A stretch of DNA of 64,000 bases from Camelus ferus. Lineage: Eukaryota. This document shows, piece by piece, positions 25,701-40,700 of this stretch; positions within the stretch are counted from its first letter, which is position 1; each line of letters begins with the position of its first letter. The stretch is from positions 54,438,001 through 54,502,000 of the forward strand of contig NC_045697.1 in the NCBI RefSeq assembly GCF_009834535.1, in the 5' to 3' direction. The position numbers and the translations under genes are program-made. The notes below the pieces were generated by a model. It saw only the letters and a list, made by a program, of their open reading frames with translations. It did not search any database and was not told where the DNA came from.

Positions 25701-28700
25701 GGCTACCTAAGACATGGTCTTCTAGCAGTAGCAGAAATGCAAAGGGGCAAGTGTAACCATCAAAGTACTTTCATTTCCAGCCTCTGTTTGTGTTACCTCC
25801 AGTAATATTCCATTGGGCAAAGCAAGTCATATTGTCAAGCCCAAAGTGAAGGAGCAGGAAAGTACACTCTGCCCTTCCTAAGGTCATGGGCAAAGAGTAA
25901 TGTGTAACCCAATTACAGAGGAGTGAAAAATGTAGATCAACAATTTAATCTTCATCAGGTAACAACAAAAGTTCTCAGTACCTCGGATGTTCTAAAAGTG
26001 ACTGGGTTGACCCAGATTTTTCTTGTGATTAAATTATCATGTTACCCATTGTCTAGGGAAAAAAAACACTTCCGTGTTTCTTTAAGATCTCAGTACTTCT
26101 GGCACTTGTGTGACTATGTGTGTGTGGATTTTCCCCCAACACCAAGCAATTCTCCAACATTCTGAACCCCTAACTTGGTGTCCCACGGTTTAATTTAGTT
26201 TTGATACTTTCTGCCTGGAGATGATAGTGTCGGATCCCACAGGTTAAGGGTTCAGTCCCCCAAGAACCCACACACAGCCATCCCCCTGCTTCTGAGGACT
26301 GGCTGTAAATCAGAGGTTTCCACAACCCCCTCCTTAGGTCTGATTTATTTGCCAGAGTGGCTCACAGACTCAGGAAAACAGTTTATTTACTAGATTACCA
26401 GTTTATTGTAAAAGGCTGTAACTCAGGAACAACCAGATAGAAGAGATGCATAGAACAAGGTATGTGAGAGGGGGTGCCACCTTCCCAATACCACCACATA
26501 TTCACATACTTGGAAATTCTCTTCAGCCCCTGATTCAGGAACTTTTATGGAGGCTTCATTATGTAAGCATGAATGATTAAAACATTTATGTAAGCATGAA
26601 TGATTAAAACATTGGCCATTAATGATTAAGTCAATCTCCAGCCCCTCTCCCTTCCCCAGAGGTCTAGGATATGGGGCTGAAGTTCTGACCTTCAGATCGT
26701 AAGGTTGGTTCCAGCCCGCATCCTTAGGGGCTTCCCAAAACTCACCTTATTAACATAAACTGAGGTGTGGCTGAAAAGGCTTGTTATGAACAAAAGACAT
26801 TCATTTCACCTTTATCACTCTGGAGGTACTTCAGAAAGTAGGACTAAATGAAATATTACAACACAAGTTGCCCTTGTATCTCTTATGTAGAAATTATAAG
26901 AGTGTTAGGAGTTACATGCCAGGAACCTTGATTGAAGACCAAAATATATACTTCTGATTTATAATCACAGTATCACACCTACTTAAAAATCAGTGTAGAC
27001 TTCCATTTTTGATTGGGTAACTTGAAATCCATCCTGCTACAAAGATGCTTTGTAGACTTTCTGCAGTAGAACCTGCTTAATAACCTTCCTTTTCAGTGAT
27101 TACATGGGCTCAAAAAAATGTTAGGGAAGTGCTCAGAGACCAAAAATGAATCAGTAACTAGAAGAACAGTGAACTGCTGGCTGTGGTCACTTTCAGGGAT
27201 AGGATTTGCCTGTCTCAGTAACCACATTTCTTAGGAATTAATGGTCACACAGAAATAAGATACAAAATGCATCTACATGAGACAGAAAAATGTAATTGAG
27301 ACCTATCACTTCTTTGTGGCTCCCTGGAACTTCAGAAAGCTACACCCTTAGGAAAAGGGTATATGAAAACAGTCTTTGCCCATCAGAACAAGAAGCTTTT
27401 CCATTTTCTCTTGAGCTTTGGATGAAACAACGATTTTTCTCAGAATTTATAACCATAGCCATTCCCTCACACGAGTTTGGAGTGAACTTTACAATCCATT
27501 GTAGTCTAAAATTTCCCAAGCTGAGAACTTAACATAAAAAGTAGTACTGAGCTGGTGTTACCCTGGAATGCCAGACAGAAACAAAACTAAAATATCAAGA
27601 GGAATATACCATCAACCAGGCCACAGTGTATTCCGGTATATAAAGCCTCTGAGATTGTGTTTGTAATACAAAATAATATGACAGGAGAAATCAGTTCAGC
27701 ATGATCAAGAATCAGTGGATGTGATAAACAATAGAATTAAACCTCCAAGAATTTCAGATAGTAGAATTGTTGGATAGGGACTATAAAATATAGATGTTCA
27801 AACTGACTAAATCTTAAAAGAAGGGATTAAATATACAGTATGAAAATAAGACACTATTGAAAACAACCAGGCAGATAGAGTCTGGGAGGAGACTAAAAGA
27901 CTCGACCTGCTTTTGCCATGAATATGAATAACCCTAGGGAAATATTTGACCTTTATGATTCTAAGTTACTTATGATAAAATCTGATTATAAAACCTTCTC
28001 CACTTATCTCATAGGATGATAAAAAATTAAAGTAAGCATTGAAAATTATAATTTGCTGTGTTAAATAATAGTGCTTGTTGGTTTCAGTAATGACACTATC
28101 AAAACAAAAGTTGTTATATTGTGAATCTGTTAAATCTGAAGTAAAAGCTAAATCAACTAATGTATCTCTTTAAAAATGTAATTGTTATCCCTTTATGCTA
28201 GTACTGAACTTATATTCTGATGACTAGGTTAGTATTTCTCTAGCAGTAACAGATAAAATCTCCAACCATTTGAGGTATATAAATAACACATAGAATATTA
28301 AGGTTTGCTTCTAACTGTGAAGCCTGTGATGGTAATTGAATTTAATGTGGGCAGATTTTCCCCTATGTATACTATGCCATTTTATATAAGGGTCTTGTGT
28401 ATCTGCAGATTTTGGTATCCACAGGAGATTCTGGAACCAGTCCCCTATGGATACCTAGAGATGGCTGTGTATGTTACTTTTACTTTTGCTATTCTGTACC
28501 TCTGAAGGTATTAACCTTAAAATAGAATATAATAGAGTAATTTTTTGCAAGGAAAACAGTGCATTTTTAGCATAGTGAAAACTATGTGAAATGCTTCTGA
28601 TTTAGAAGTTGTACATCACCAAAATAATTGTTTATTTTCTAATATTTAATTTCTTGTATTCTTCTCAACAGTGTGTAGTTTTGACTGAGATCAAACTTCC

Positions 28701-31700
28701 ATTGCAGAAGAAGATTAATGACTTTTGCCGTTCTCGGTGCCCTCCAATTAAGGTAATAGTGTTAACTTAATGACAAAGTTTACCAGAGGAAAAATCACTT
28801 TCACTATTAGAATTTGTAGCTTTTCAGTGAGTTTTATGAGGAATTCTTTTTATATAAGGACAGTCACATTATTTTTCTTTTTAATTTTGGTATCATAATC
28901 ATTTCCTATTTTTAAAATGAGGATCTAAATTTGGTTTATAGGCAAATTGCCAAAACTAAGGAGGAATTAAGATTAGCAGTGTAAAGAATGATAAATATTG
29001 AACTCATCATCTCACTTTAAATATGGTATGATGGTGGTTTTCAAGAAGTTCATTGTTTCTTTTAACAAATAATTAAGCATATGTCTACTATGTACAAGAT
29101 ACAGTTCTGGGCACTAGGAATACATTCATGAATAGGACATACAGATTTTCCTATTCATGAAAATTCCTTCTAGTAGGGAAGATATATAATAAACCGGCAA
29201 ATAAATACACAGTTTCAAGTCTTATGGAAAAAAAAGCTAGGTAGAATGTCTAAATGATGTTGGGAGGGGCCGGTGCTGATTCTCTTAGATTGAGGTCAAG
29301 GAAGTTCTCTCTGAAGAGATGACATTTGAATAGAGCCTTGAATAATGAGAAAGATCCGGCTATGTAAAGATCTGGGGAAGAACATTCAAAACATAGGGAA
29401 CAACAACTGTAAAGATTTGTAAGTGCAAAAATTCACATAGTGTGTTTGACCAGAATGGAGTTTGGGTAGATGGGAGAGAGTAATAGGAGAAAGGATACCA
29501 GAAGACTGAGTTCAGAGAAGTAGTTAGAGGGCTGTATCTTACAGATCTTTGAGGATATCTGAGTTTTAAGCCTTTGAGTTTCAGTCTGATTTATATTTTT
29601 TAATGATCACTCTGGCCATGCTGTATGGAGAATAGACTAGATCAGTAGTTTTCAGAGTGTGTTATAAGGACACTGAGGGTCTCTGAGACTTTGATGGGGT
29701 CTGCAAAGTTGAAGAACTGTTTTTATAATATTACTGAAATGTTATTTGCTTTTTTTCACTCTGATTCTCTTATGGGGTACAGTGGAGTTTCCAGAGTCTA
29801 TATGATGTGTGGTGACGGTATTGCTCTGATAACTAATGGAAGGTGTGTGTATATTCTTGTGTTTTAAGTATTTCTCAGTTTTAATTTCTAACACAGTAAA
29901 TATCAGTAGGTATAACCCACATAAACAAAAGCTCTTTGGGTCATTAATAATTTTTAAGAACATGAATCATGGATCATGAAACCAAAAAGAAGGAAAACTG
30001 TTGAAATTGTAAGAGCAGAGGTGACTAGACCAGTTAGGAGCTAATGCAGTAAGTAGCCCAAGTGAGAGGTGCTGGTGGTGCCTTATTCAAAAGAGTTGAG
30101 AATAGAGATTGTGAGAAGTCATTGAACTGAGGAATTTGAGGAAGACTAACAGAATTGAGAATAGATGAATGAGAGCTGTGAAGGAAAGTGTGATCAAGAA
30201 TGACTCCTAGATTTTTGCCCAGAGTAGTTAGGTGAGTATTGATGACATTGGGAAGACTGGGAAGAGGTTTAGATGGGAAAAATCATAAATCATGCCCTGC
30301 AGTTAAATACATATTACTACCTCCACCTCCTTTGTGGGGCCATTTCTTCCTTTGGAAAAGGAAAATGCTGTTTGTTCCTTTGAGATAGGCACTAAGCCAT
30401 GATCTTACTGTATAAAATAGTTGTGCTAAAAATTTTGGATTGTGGTATTTACATAGTATATTTATATTTTGTAGAACATTTGTGCTCTGGTTCACAATTT
30501 AAATTAAGCAGACGAACAAGACACAAAGTAGTCAGTAAATTTATAACAGGAAACAAAAGTTTTACAAGATAATTACACTAGGTAATAAACTAAAATCTTT
30601 GTTTATGTGATCGATATATATATATATATTCATACTTTAAAGTTGTTTTGCAAGGAAAGAAATTGTCCTTGAGTTTGCAGCTTTTAAACTTAAAAAAAAA
30701 GCTTCTAAATTTCTGCTCAGTTTTATGTCTAATAAAAAATTCTGTAGGTGCCTATTTTGATAGTAAAGGCATTGCATGATCAATTAGGAGGTAATCTTCC
30801 ATTAGCCATTTCACTACTTCATGTAATAGGTGGTATATATCACTGGTTACATTCTTATACCCAAATATGAATAGACTTTAGTTTTTGCTAGAAAAATATC
30901 ACTTGGTATGGGACCATATGTGTTACAGATTAAGAGTTTTTCTTTATTTTCACTATCTTTAAAAATAACTTAGCACAAAAACAATTTCTTTACATTTTCT
31001 TAGACTGGTGAGTATGTGTTATAAAAATGGCTTTCGGTAAAATATTTTATAAGATTGTGTTTAAGAATCTGATTTTTACTTTTCATGACTTCATTGTTTA
31101 CTGTCAGTTTCTCAGTCCCTTTTCTGTTGACCACATGCTCAGCTTTTAGCTCTGTTTTATTTTCCATTAACTCTACTGCTTTTGGTGAATGGACATTCCA
31201 TTCTTTTCTAAAATGAAAAGTAAGAATTCACTGCTAGACCATCAAACAAAGATACCTTGTTTCTTATAAACTGTGCTTCATTTTTAGGGCAAGGCAGAAG
31301 TTGTTATTGAAAAATTACAGATTGTATGATGATGATGTGCTGATGTTGCTTCTAATTTTGTAACGCTAGATATCCAGTCCCAAATACCAAAATCCTTGAT
31401 CCCGAAACCAATTTACAAACAAATAATTTATCCTATTTGTGATCATTTTATACCCCAAAGAATATGCTTAATTATAAATAAAATTGTCATAAAAGAGCCT
31501 AAGATAGTTGAGCTTTTTTTTCTTATATATTATATAATATATAAGCTTAAAATTGTTTTTATCATTTCACAGTTCATCAGTGCAGATATACGTGGAATTT
31601 GGTCACGGTTGTTTTGTGATTTCGGTGATGAATTTGAAGTTTTAGATACAACAGGAGAAGAACCGAAAGAAATTTTTATTTCAGATATAACGCAAGTATG

Positions 31701-34700
31701 ACTATATATGTATATTATTGTATATGTATATGATTGATTTTTTAAGTTGATGTGAAACTTTTTTAAAAGGTGGTATTAGCAAAATATTTAATATGCAATA
31801 TTTTTTATTTGTTTAAAATAAAGTTGGAATATTAAAAGTGTTTCTGGATTCCTTCTAACATTATTTAATAATTGATAGACCAACAGTTGCTTATGTCGTT
31901 GATTTTAATTTTAATTTTGTTCTTTGTCATGCCCCTATGGGACATGAATTCAGTATTTACCACAGTTTATTGTGTCAGATCATAGATGTACTAGGTATGT
32001 CATAAGTCACTTGGCCCAACACTTTGACTCCAGGAAGATGGACACATCATAGACGAGAGCTTTTCAAATTTGTTACATTTCTAAAACATTAACCTTCAAA
32101 TCAGAAGGTCTGAATTTTCTAACCATGTTCTCTCTTTTTCTTTTTTTTTCTGCTTTTGTTTTACTTTTGAGGTAAAATTCACAAAACTTAAAATTAACCA
32201 CTTTAAAGTGAACAGTTCTGAGACATTTAGCACATTTAACCATGTTCAGTTAATATCATGCTAGTTTAATTTTTTTATTCCCTAAAAGAATTAGAGAAAT
32301 TATTATGATCTATTTTTACTACTTTTTCTTTTTAGCCTAAGTCATTAACTTTATATACATTCTTTATAATCAATTTATGTTAAAGGTCAAAAGAAGACAA
32401 ATATAAGGAAAGGATAATATACTTTGACCTAATAGTATTTGTGCTTCTATCTTTATGGTTTATTTTTAAACCTAATGTAATGTTGCCTTTCTCACCCCTT
32501 TTTAAGAAAAATTCATTGAAAAATTATTCTTTGTGTCTTTCTGCTTACAGAATGGTTTATTGTTCAGCGTTTTACCTTCTCTAGTTATTGTTAGTTTGTC
32601 CCTGTGAATATCATACAGTTGGAGTAAGCTCCAAGGGATCTTGTATTTCACTGATATTTTCTTTTATTGAATAGTGCAGGAAATGTGGAGGTTATCCACA
32701 AAGAATTAGAAAACATCATAAACGTTCCCATTTAACTTACCTGCAGATTATTTCTCCTTATGAATATTATTCTTGAGATATTAGTAAACCCACATTACAT
32801 TAATTTTATCTGCATGTTTGTGATCATAATTATATTTCTCAGATCATTAAGCAGCAAGAGAATTTTTAGTATCTACACAATTGTGAAAGAGAATGATAAT
32901 TCCATTAGGTTTTATATAGATTAAATTATCACCTTATTCAAGCAATGTGTTGGATTATATGCAGTTAGTAAATTTCCAGGTGTTTGACCTATCTCATCCT
33001 TCCTTTTAGGTGAGATAAGTATATTTCTTATTCTTTATATTTTTCTTCCTATTTTTATCCTGATAAACTGGGCTACATAATATTTCTATGGCTTTAAAGT
33101 ATTGGACAAGCTTTAAACTACCACTTTCCTGGCTTTAAATCTCCATCCTTCATTCTTACATTTCTTTGATCTTCAGAGTTGAACTAATCTTTTATGTACA
33201 TCAAGTCTTTCATAAATGACTTTAGAACTTAATATTCAGTCACTTTGACTTTTTTTATAAGTCACAATAATCTTTGAATCTATGAAACATTTGAACTCCT
33301 TTGTGGAATCTGTTTCCCCCAAACATAGAAATTATATTTTTAACATTCCTAATAAAATAAGTGGGTCCCTATTTTGTGAAAGTTTTTTTTTTTAAGTTTA
33401 ATAATACATTTTATTTAACCCAGTATATCCAAAATGTTGTTATCTCAACATGCAATCAATATGAAAAAGCATTGAGATATTTCCCGTCCGTTTTGTGACA
33501 GTTTTTTTTAAGTTTAATAATACATTTTATTTAACCCAGTATATCCAAAATGTTATTATCTCAACATGCAATCAATATGAAAAAGCATTAATGAGATATT
33601 TCCCATCCCTTTTATCATACTAAGTCTTCAAAATCTAGTGGACCCTTTTATACTCATGGCACATCTCACTTTGGATCCGCTGCATTTCAAGTTGTGATAG
33701 GTTTTTAAAATCTTGCTATTACTATAGAAGAATGGCTTGGAATTTTGGTTGTTTTGAGAATTTTATGATAACATGGGTTCGTTTTTGTGTGAAATTGGAA
33801 TTTGTACAAAAAAGAAATACGTGGACTTGTTTTTTAGTAGATTACTCTTATTTTTAGGCTAATCCTGGCGTTGTTACTTGCCTTGAAAATCATCCGCACA
33901 AACTTGAAACAGGACAGTTCCTAACATTTCGAGAAATTAATGGAATGACAGGCTTAAATGGATCTACACGACAAATAACTGGTAAGTTTCTGTGTTTTAT
34001 TAATTCATTTATACTTATTCATTATTCAGCACATTTATAGTTCAGGCTCTGTTCTTAGTGTTGAGAATACACAATCAACTCAGATAGACATGATCCAATT
34101 CCCTGGCCTCAAGACATTAAATCTAAGTAAGGGGATGTTAACATTAAGCAGTGATGATGGTATAAAGAGAAGAGATATTATAGGAACTTTAAACTTAGCA
34201 AGGAAGCCTACTCAGTTTTGGTATAACAACTGTAGAGACAGGGTATCTTGATTAAAATTTGAAGATTGCATTGTCTTAGGAAGGTAATGAAAAGGAAAGA
34301 ATAGTCTGTGCAGAGACAAACAGTAAGAAGCAAGACACAATTCAAGAACTTAAAGATATAATGTGACAGGGCTGGCAGTGAGAGTTGAGATAGCAAGAGT
34401 CTTAGGACATTGAGGAGGAAACTTTGTTACCTCATATGGTAGATGAGCGAAGATTCTGGCAACTTACTTATTCACACATTAGGGAGTGAAAGAAAAGGAG
34501 CAGGTTCTGAGAGAAATTAATGTGTCCAGTCTGAGCTTGCTGGGTGAGGTGACAGTGAAGTATTCAAGCAAAGATACCTGTTTTTGTCCAGTGGCTTTGA
34601 TAAAAGTGATGAATGGATGTTACTGTAGGCAGATGTGTTGGTTTATTAGCAAGAAGCTGCAGGGATCTGTTCTGTTAGTGAACTAAGATAAGATCCTGAC

Positions 34701-37700
34701 CCAAAGGAGAGATAAGGTGACGTGGCCAGAGATTCGAAGAGAGTAAACATTTTAAAAAATAGATTATCAGGCTTCATTTAGGGCCCATTTGAAGTTGAAG
34801 ATAATTAATTTGTAGCACTGTTAGTCTGCATAGTTTGTGGTTTTCTTCCAAGCCATGTTTAAAAGAATTAAAAACATTAGTAGATGTCTTGTAACTCAGA
34901 GACAGCATGTTTACACCTGTTCAGCTGAGAGTGATTCAGTTTTGTCTCTAGGGCTTTTGAAAGTATAATTATGTGATTAATGTATAGACTAGTAAATGGA
35001 TTACTTTTTTTTTCTTTTAATGACTACAAAGTGAATCCTTAGGAGAGAAAAAAGTCAGTTTCTGTTACAAATTTATAGCAAAACTTTGGTCTATATTTAA
35101 GAATTTTTGATAATAAAACTTTTGGATTTTATTTCCCAGACTATGAATATATAAAACACAGGTTCATATCATTGATATTAAATAATTTGTATTGGTTTTT
35201 CCAAAAATTGACTAAACTAATTGTTTAGGATTATCCTTTGTTGTTTTGGGGTCCACGTAATGATGGATTGTGGTACTGGATCCGAGTCTTAAGGCTATAT
35301 ATATGAAAGGAGGAGCCACTGGATGTCAAGAAATGAAAATTTTAAAAACTCACATTTTGTACCAAAAATTCTTTGGGCAAAGAGAGGATGTTTAAATAGA
35401 ATAGGTGTTTATGAAACTTACTTTTTTCTTAACATTTATTAATTTATACTTACTGCTCTAAAGTAATTTTCTGTTACTTGAAAAACATTTTAAAATACCT
35501 ACAATATGCTTATTCTAGATAAACATAAACATATAAATGTTTAAATAGAGTTAAAAATGAGTACTATTTCAGACCTCCTCCCACTCCAGAGGTGTGGCAG
35601 CCTAAGATTGTTGTTTACTCTGCTGACCTGTTCTGTCTCCTTAATACATAAGGCTTGTTTATTTAATTTAATTTCTTGAAAAGTCAGATAGTTCAAACAG
35701 TAGAAGGCAAATGTTCGTAGTGAAAACTTTTCTGCCCATCTGTAGATCCCACTTGTTACTACCTATCCAGTGTTCTTAGTTTTTGTGTCCTTCCAGGGTT
35801 TCCTTATGCAGTTTTATATGCAAAGTAGCATATTACTCATAGAGCTACCCTTTGACTTTTCATTAAATGAATCATCTAGATGGGTGTTTTTAAATCAGTA
35901 ATTGCATAACAGTCTTTATTTTTTCCCCTTATGGCTCATAGTATTTCAGGCATTATTGAAATTGATATAGTATATCACTTGAGCTATCCCTTCCCAGAAA
36001 ATAATATAGTATAATTACATTTTACATATTACGGATAAAATTAAGTATCTCATCTTAAGTTTTAGAGCTATTTTTTCTTTTAAAGTGAATCATCCTTTAC
36101 CCATTTTCTTGTTGAGTTTTTGATCATTTTCTTAATCATTCGCCGGGACTCCTAATATACAGGGCATATTTACTGAGTTGCTTTTTTTTTTAATATGAGT
36201 CACAAATATTTTTTCTAGTTTGGCATTTGACTTTGCTTGTTATAGTTTTTATTGTGTGTATATAATGTCAAATTTTTCAATTTTTTCTTTTATGGCTTTT
36301 ATTTTAAGTCATAATTAGAAAAAGCCTTTCTCTATTGCAAAGTTTTAAAAAAGTTTTTCTCCTATACTTTTATCTAATAAAATTTTTTACATGTTTTTGG
36401 ACATTAAAACTTTTATCCATTTGGAATACTTTCCTAGGTGGCTTTTTTTCCCGCAAGATTTGTTGAATAATCTTCTTTTCTTTATTGGTTTGAGTTGCCA
36501 CCTTAATTTTGTCCCTCGGGGATCTGTTTCTGAATTCTCTAATCTGTTTTGTTTGTGTGCCTGTCTATTCAGGAGCTAGTATCACTGTAGATTAATTATT
36601 AAATATATATAATATAATTATATTGATTATTGAGGCTTCATAAAATATTTTAATATCTGACGATAACCTCTTATCATTCTTTTTTTATCCTTCCAAGTTT
36701 TCTTGGCTATTTTTGCTAAGTCCTTATATTCATATTGGAAAAATAATTTCTCTTCCCACACTTCCTCCCACCCACCTCCCTACAAAAAGATTTATACTGA
36801 GACTTTCTTAATTTTGTAAATTAGAGAAAATTGGCATTTTATGATGATAAGCCTTCAAATGTAAATGCTTAGTATGTAATGGTTTTCTTTTTTTTCTTCT
36901 TTTAGTGTTATCACCATTTTCTTTTAGCATTGGTGATACTACAAAACTGGAACCTTATTTACACGGAGGCATAGCTGTTCAAGTTAAGACTCCTAAAACA
37001 TTTTGCTTTGTAAGTATTTTTTTCTGCTTAATAAATACTTCTTTACAGAAGAATGACAGCAAATAAAATAATTACTTAGTTAACCAAACAATAATTCAAA
37101 GGTTGAACAGATACTGATTTTCTATTTGTACCCACTTTGAGGAAAATTGTATCAATCTATGGAAATAAACTGATATCAACAAAAAAATTTACAATAGTAA
37201 CACATAAAATTGAGGTATATAAGTTACCTCAAAGAAACTGCAGCTTTGTGAATCATGAAAAGGTTGATCATACTTCTTAAAATTACTTCCTAAGACAAAA
37301 GGCATAACTAACAAGCATTGATTCAGTGTGTTTTGTTTTATTCTTCAGCTATTCACATTTTTAAAGTAAAAGGAATATTTCTTTTATTTATCATACTTAT
37401 TAATTCAGGTTTTTTGATTTAATTTTTTGAGCTTCAAGAAACAGTGTGTATATTGGAAATGTGAGATAATTCCTATAAACTGGCATTGAAAGGAAATGTA
37501 AGTATCTGTATAGAGAGAATTTCGAGGCTACTAGTATCAAGGAACTGAGGAGTCTCCTACTGCCTCCTACTTCTAAATCCTTAGGCCACTTCTCAGAATA
37601 AGCTGTCTGATTCATCTCTGTTTTTTTCTTGCAAGTTGTCAAGGTTTTAACTTGACTGCCTGTTGTTTTCCAGAACAATTAACTAAAGTCCTCTACAAGG

Positions 37701-40700
37701 TTTTGTTTAAGACAAAGTTAGAACAAAACAACAGATTAAAATGCTACAGCTACTCAAATCTGCCCCTGCATTACTTCCTCTTGCCATTGTCCACAGTTTT
37801 TAATTATGCTTCTGTTTATGCCTCAAGTAAATTTCAGGTTGGGTTGTCTTTTGTGGGCCTGGGGGGAGGTTGGTTGACTGGTTGGGTTTTTTTGGCTTTC
37901 GTGTGTTCTTTGCTCCACACAGAGAATTTTAACTGGTTGTTTGTTCAAGTCCTGTCAGGCATAAAAAGTCTTAATAACTTGCTATCAGAAATATGTGGTA
38001 GCTCTTTCATTAAAATAGTATTTTTTCAAGTGTACTAATGTTTCCAACAATTCTTCCTAAATTTACTATGTGGAGCAGGTTGTCTAATTGCATTTAACAT
38101 TAAAAAAATAAATAAGTGTGATAATAAGACAAGGGGTAACCAGGGAATAGTAGCTATTTTATATTTTAGCTAAAATGCATTAGCTCAACCTAACTTATTT
38201 CTGATCTTTGGGAGAGAGCCATTGCGTTTAGTGTTCTGTATAGTTTGTCAGGTAATCGCTTGCTCCGGAGTTATAATGGGTTTTTTTGTTGTTTATTTTT
38301 CTCTCTTAGGAACCATTAGAGAGGCAGATAAAACATCCAAAGTACCTTATTGTGGATTTCAGCAAACCTGAGGTAAATAAACACTTTGTAGGTTTGAGAG
38401 AGGCAACAAAGTGGGAGATGGAGATTGGTAAAAGATTATAAAGTTGAAACCGAGCAACCATGTATGTACCTTTCTGTCAGACTGTTAATTTTTTTTTTAA
38501 TAAAGATTGTATTCATATGTCTAGAGTTGACTCCCAAGAATTAAAAATGGGAATTTATATAATGGAAAATGTTAGAAAAATAGGAAAAAATTTAACTATT
38601 ATAATGATAGGCCAGTTTTGATAGTTAAAAGATGATTTTAATAATTCATTCAAAGGTGATCTTACTAGAAGATTTTCTGAACCATGTAGAGTTTTATATA
38701 ATACATATTGCTCCCCACCCAAAAAAAACTTGGGAAACATTCTATTTTTTCAAATCACTGGATATAATTTTATAGCAGTCAATGTATTTGTGATAACAAA
38801 TTATATTTACAGTTTCCAAATTTGTATATGTTGATAAGGAAAAGAGATTCAGTGATCTTGTATAAATATTTGTTGCTGTTGTTCAGTTGATATTACTCTT
38901 AAGTTTCATATGAATAACCTAATAAAAACTAGTCATACCACCTGGGAATGAAACTTGGATCTGTTGCTTAAATACAGCTTTCTGACCTTGAAGTCAAGTC
39001 ATTTAACTTCCCTAAGCCTCAGCTTCCTCATCTGTTAAGTAAGGATAATAATAGTTATAAGCTAATTCATTTTTGTAATGAATAAAATAATGTTTTAAAA
39101 ACATTAACACAGTCAGTGCCTGGTACACGTTACACACTCAGTAAATATTGACCAATTTTTTAATGTTCTAAATAGGCATCTTTAGAGATTCACTCAGCCA
39201 TGCTTGCCTTGGACCAGTTTCAGGAGAACTATAATCGCAAGCCAAATATTGGGTAATGTTCTTTGTTCAACTTTTTTTCCTTATTGTAAAAACAGTATTT
39301 CAGAAATTATAGATTAATTTTAAGTAACTAAGCCCAATATAAGTGCAATACCATTAAATACACCAAACTATAAGCACTTCTGAAAACCTGGGTTTTTTTC
39401 TGGTCAGAGTGGAGGGGTCAAATTATAAAAATGAAATTATACTAAATAAGAATTTTCCCACTTTGAAGTCTTCAAAAGCTATAACTTTTTAAAATCTGCA
39501 AATTATTGAATTATGAATCTACTATCTAGTTTTTTACCACCTAGCTTATTACGTCAGAAGTTTTATTGCAAAAGATTTTTCCCTTGAATATTTAAATCTT
39601 ATTTATATACTGTCCTTAAGTGAGCATGATTTTGAAGTAATGTGTTTATAAACCAAGTTACCTTCAAGTCAATAAGCACTTTATGCTACATGTTGGCAAA
39701 ATTCCACTTTTTTTTAACATTTCTTAAATTTTAGTTATTTATATGACTTACTATTTATAGCAATTGAGAACATTGATATTGGGTGCTTTGTTTTGAATCC
39801 TAGATGCCAACAAGATTCAGAAGAGTTGTTGAAACTAGCAACATCTATAAGTGAAACCTTGGAAGAGAAGGTGAATGTTCAAAATGATAGCCATCAAAAA
39901 TTGTGTAACATATAAATATTGATATTTTCTTATCCTTCAAATTCCAGTTTTGCTATGCTTACTGACTCTGTGACAGTAGACAAGTTACTTGATTTCATTC
40001 TGCTTTAGTTTTTCAGATCATGGCCTATTTTTTAATTAGATTGTTTGTTTTCTTCTTATTGAGAAAGTTCTTAATACATTCTGGAAATTAGTCCTTTATT
40101 GGACACATCTTTTACAAATATTCTCTTCCAGTCTGTGGTTGTCTTCATTTTATTGCAGCATCTTTTGAAGAGCAGAAGTTTTTAATTTTGATAAAGTTAG
40201 TTTATCAGTTTTTCTTTTTTGTGATTTGTACCTTTTTTAACCCCAAATCACAAAGTTATTCCCCTGTGTTTTATTCTAGAAGGTTTATAGTTTTGCAAAT
40301 TCATTTTTATATACCATGCAAAGTATAGATCATGTACATGACTATATATTTTGAACTCATTGTTTACAGTTTTGTACTTTTATGAATTCATTTTTTTCTA
40401 CCTTGCCAAATATAGTTCAAGGTTAATTTTTGTGTATATGACTATCCAGTAATTCTAGTCCATTTATTGAAAAGAGAATTCTTTCCTTTTTTCAGTTTTT
40501 TTGGCATCTTTGTCAGAAAGTTATTGTATGTGTAGGGCTCTTTCTGTACTCAGTAGTATCTTCTATTGGTTGTTTCTGTCCTTTTGTTGGTACCGTCCTG
40601 TATTGATCACTGGAGCTTTATAGTAAATTTTGCAGTCAGGTTTGGTCTCTGCTGTATTACTCAGAAAGAGCTCAGAATTAACAGTATTCCCTGAGTTCTT

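Noticed and set aside
31320..31350. Box C/D snoRNA (TGATGA ... CTGA)
   Set aside because: The motifs are part of a short (GAT)n run only a few nt apart, with no terminal stem.
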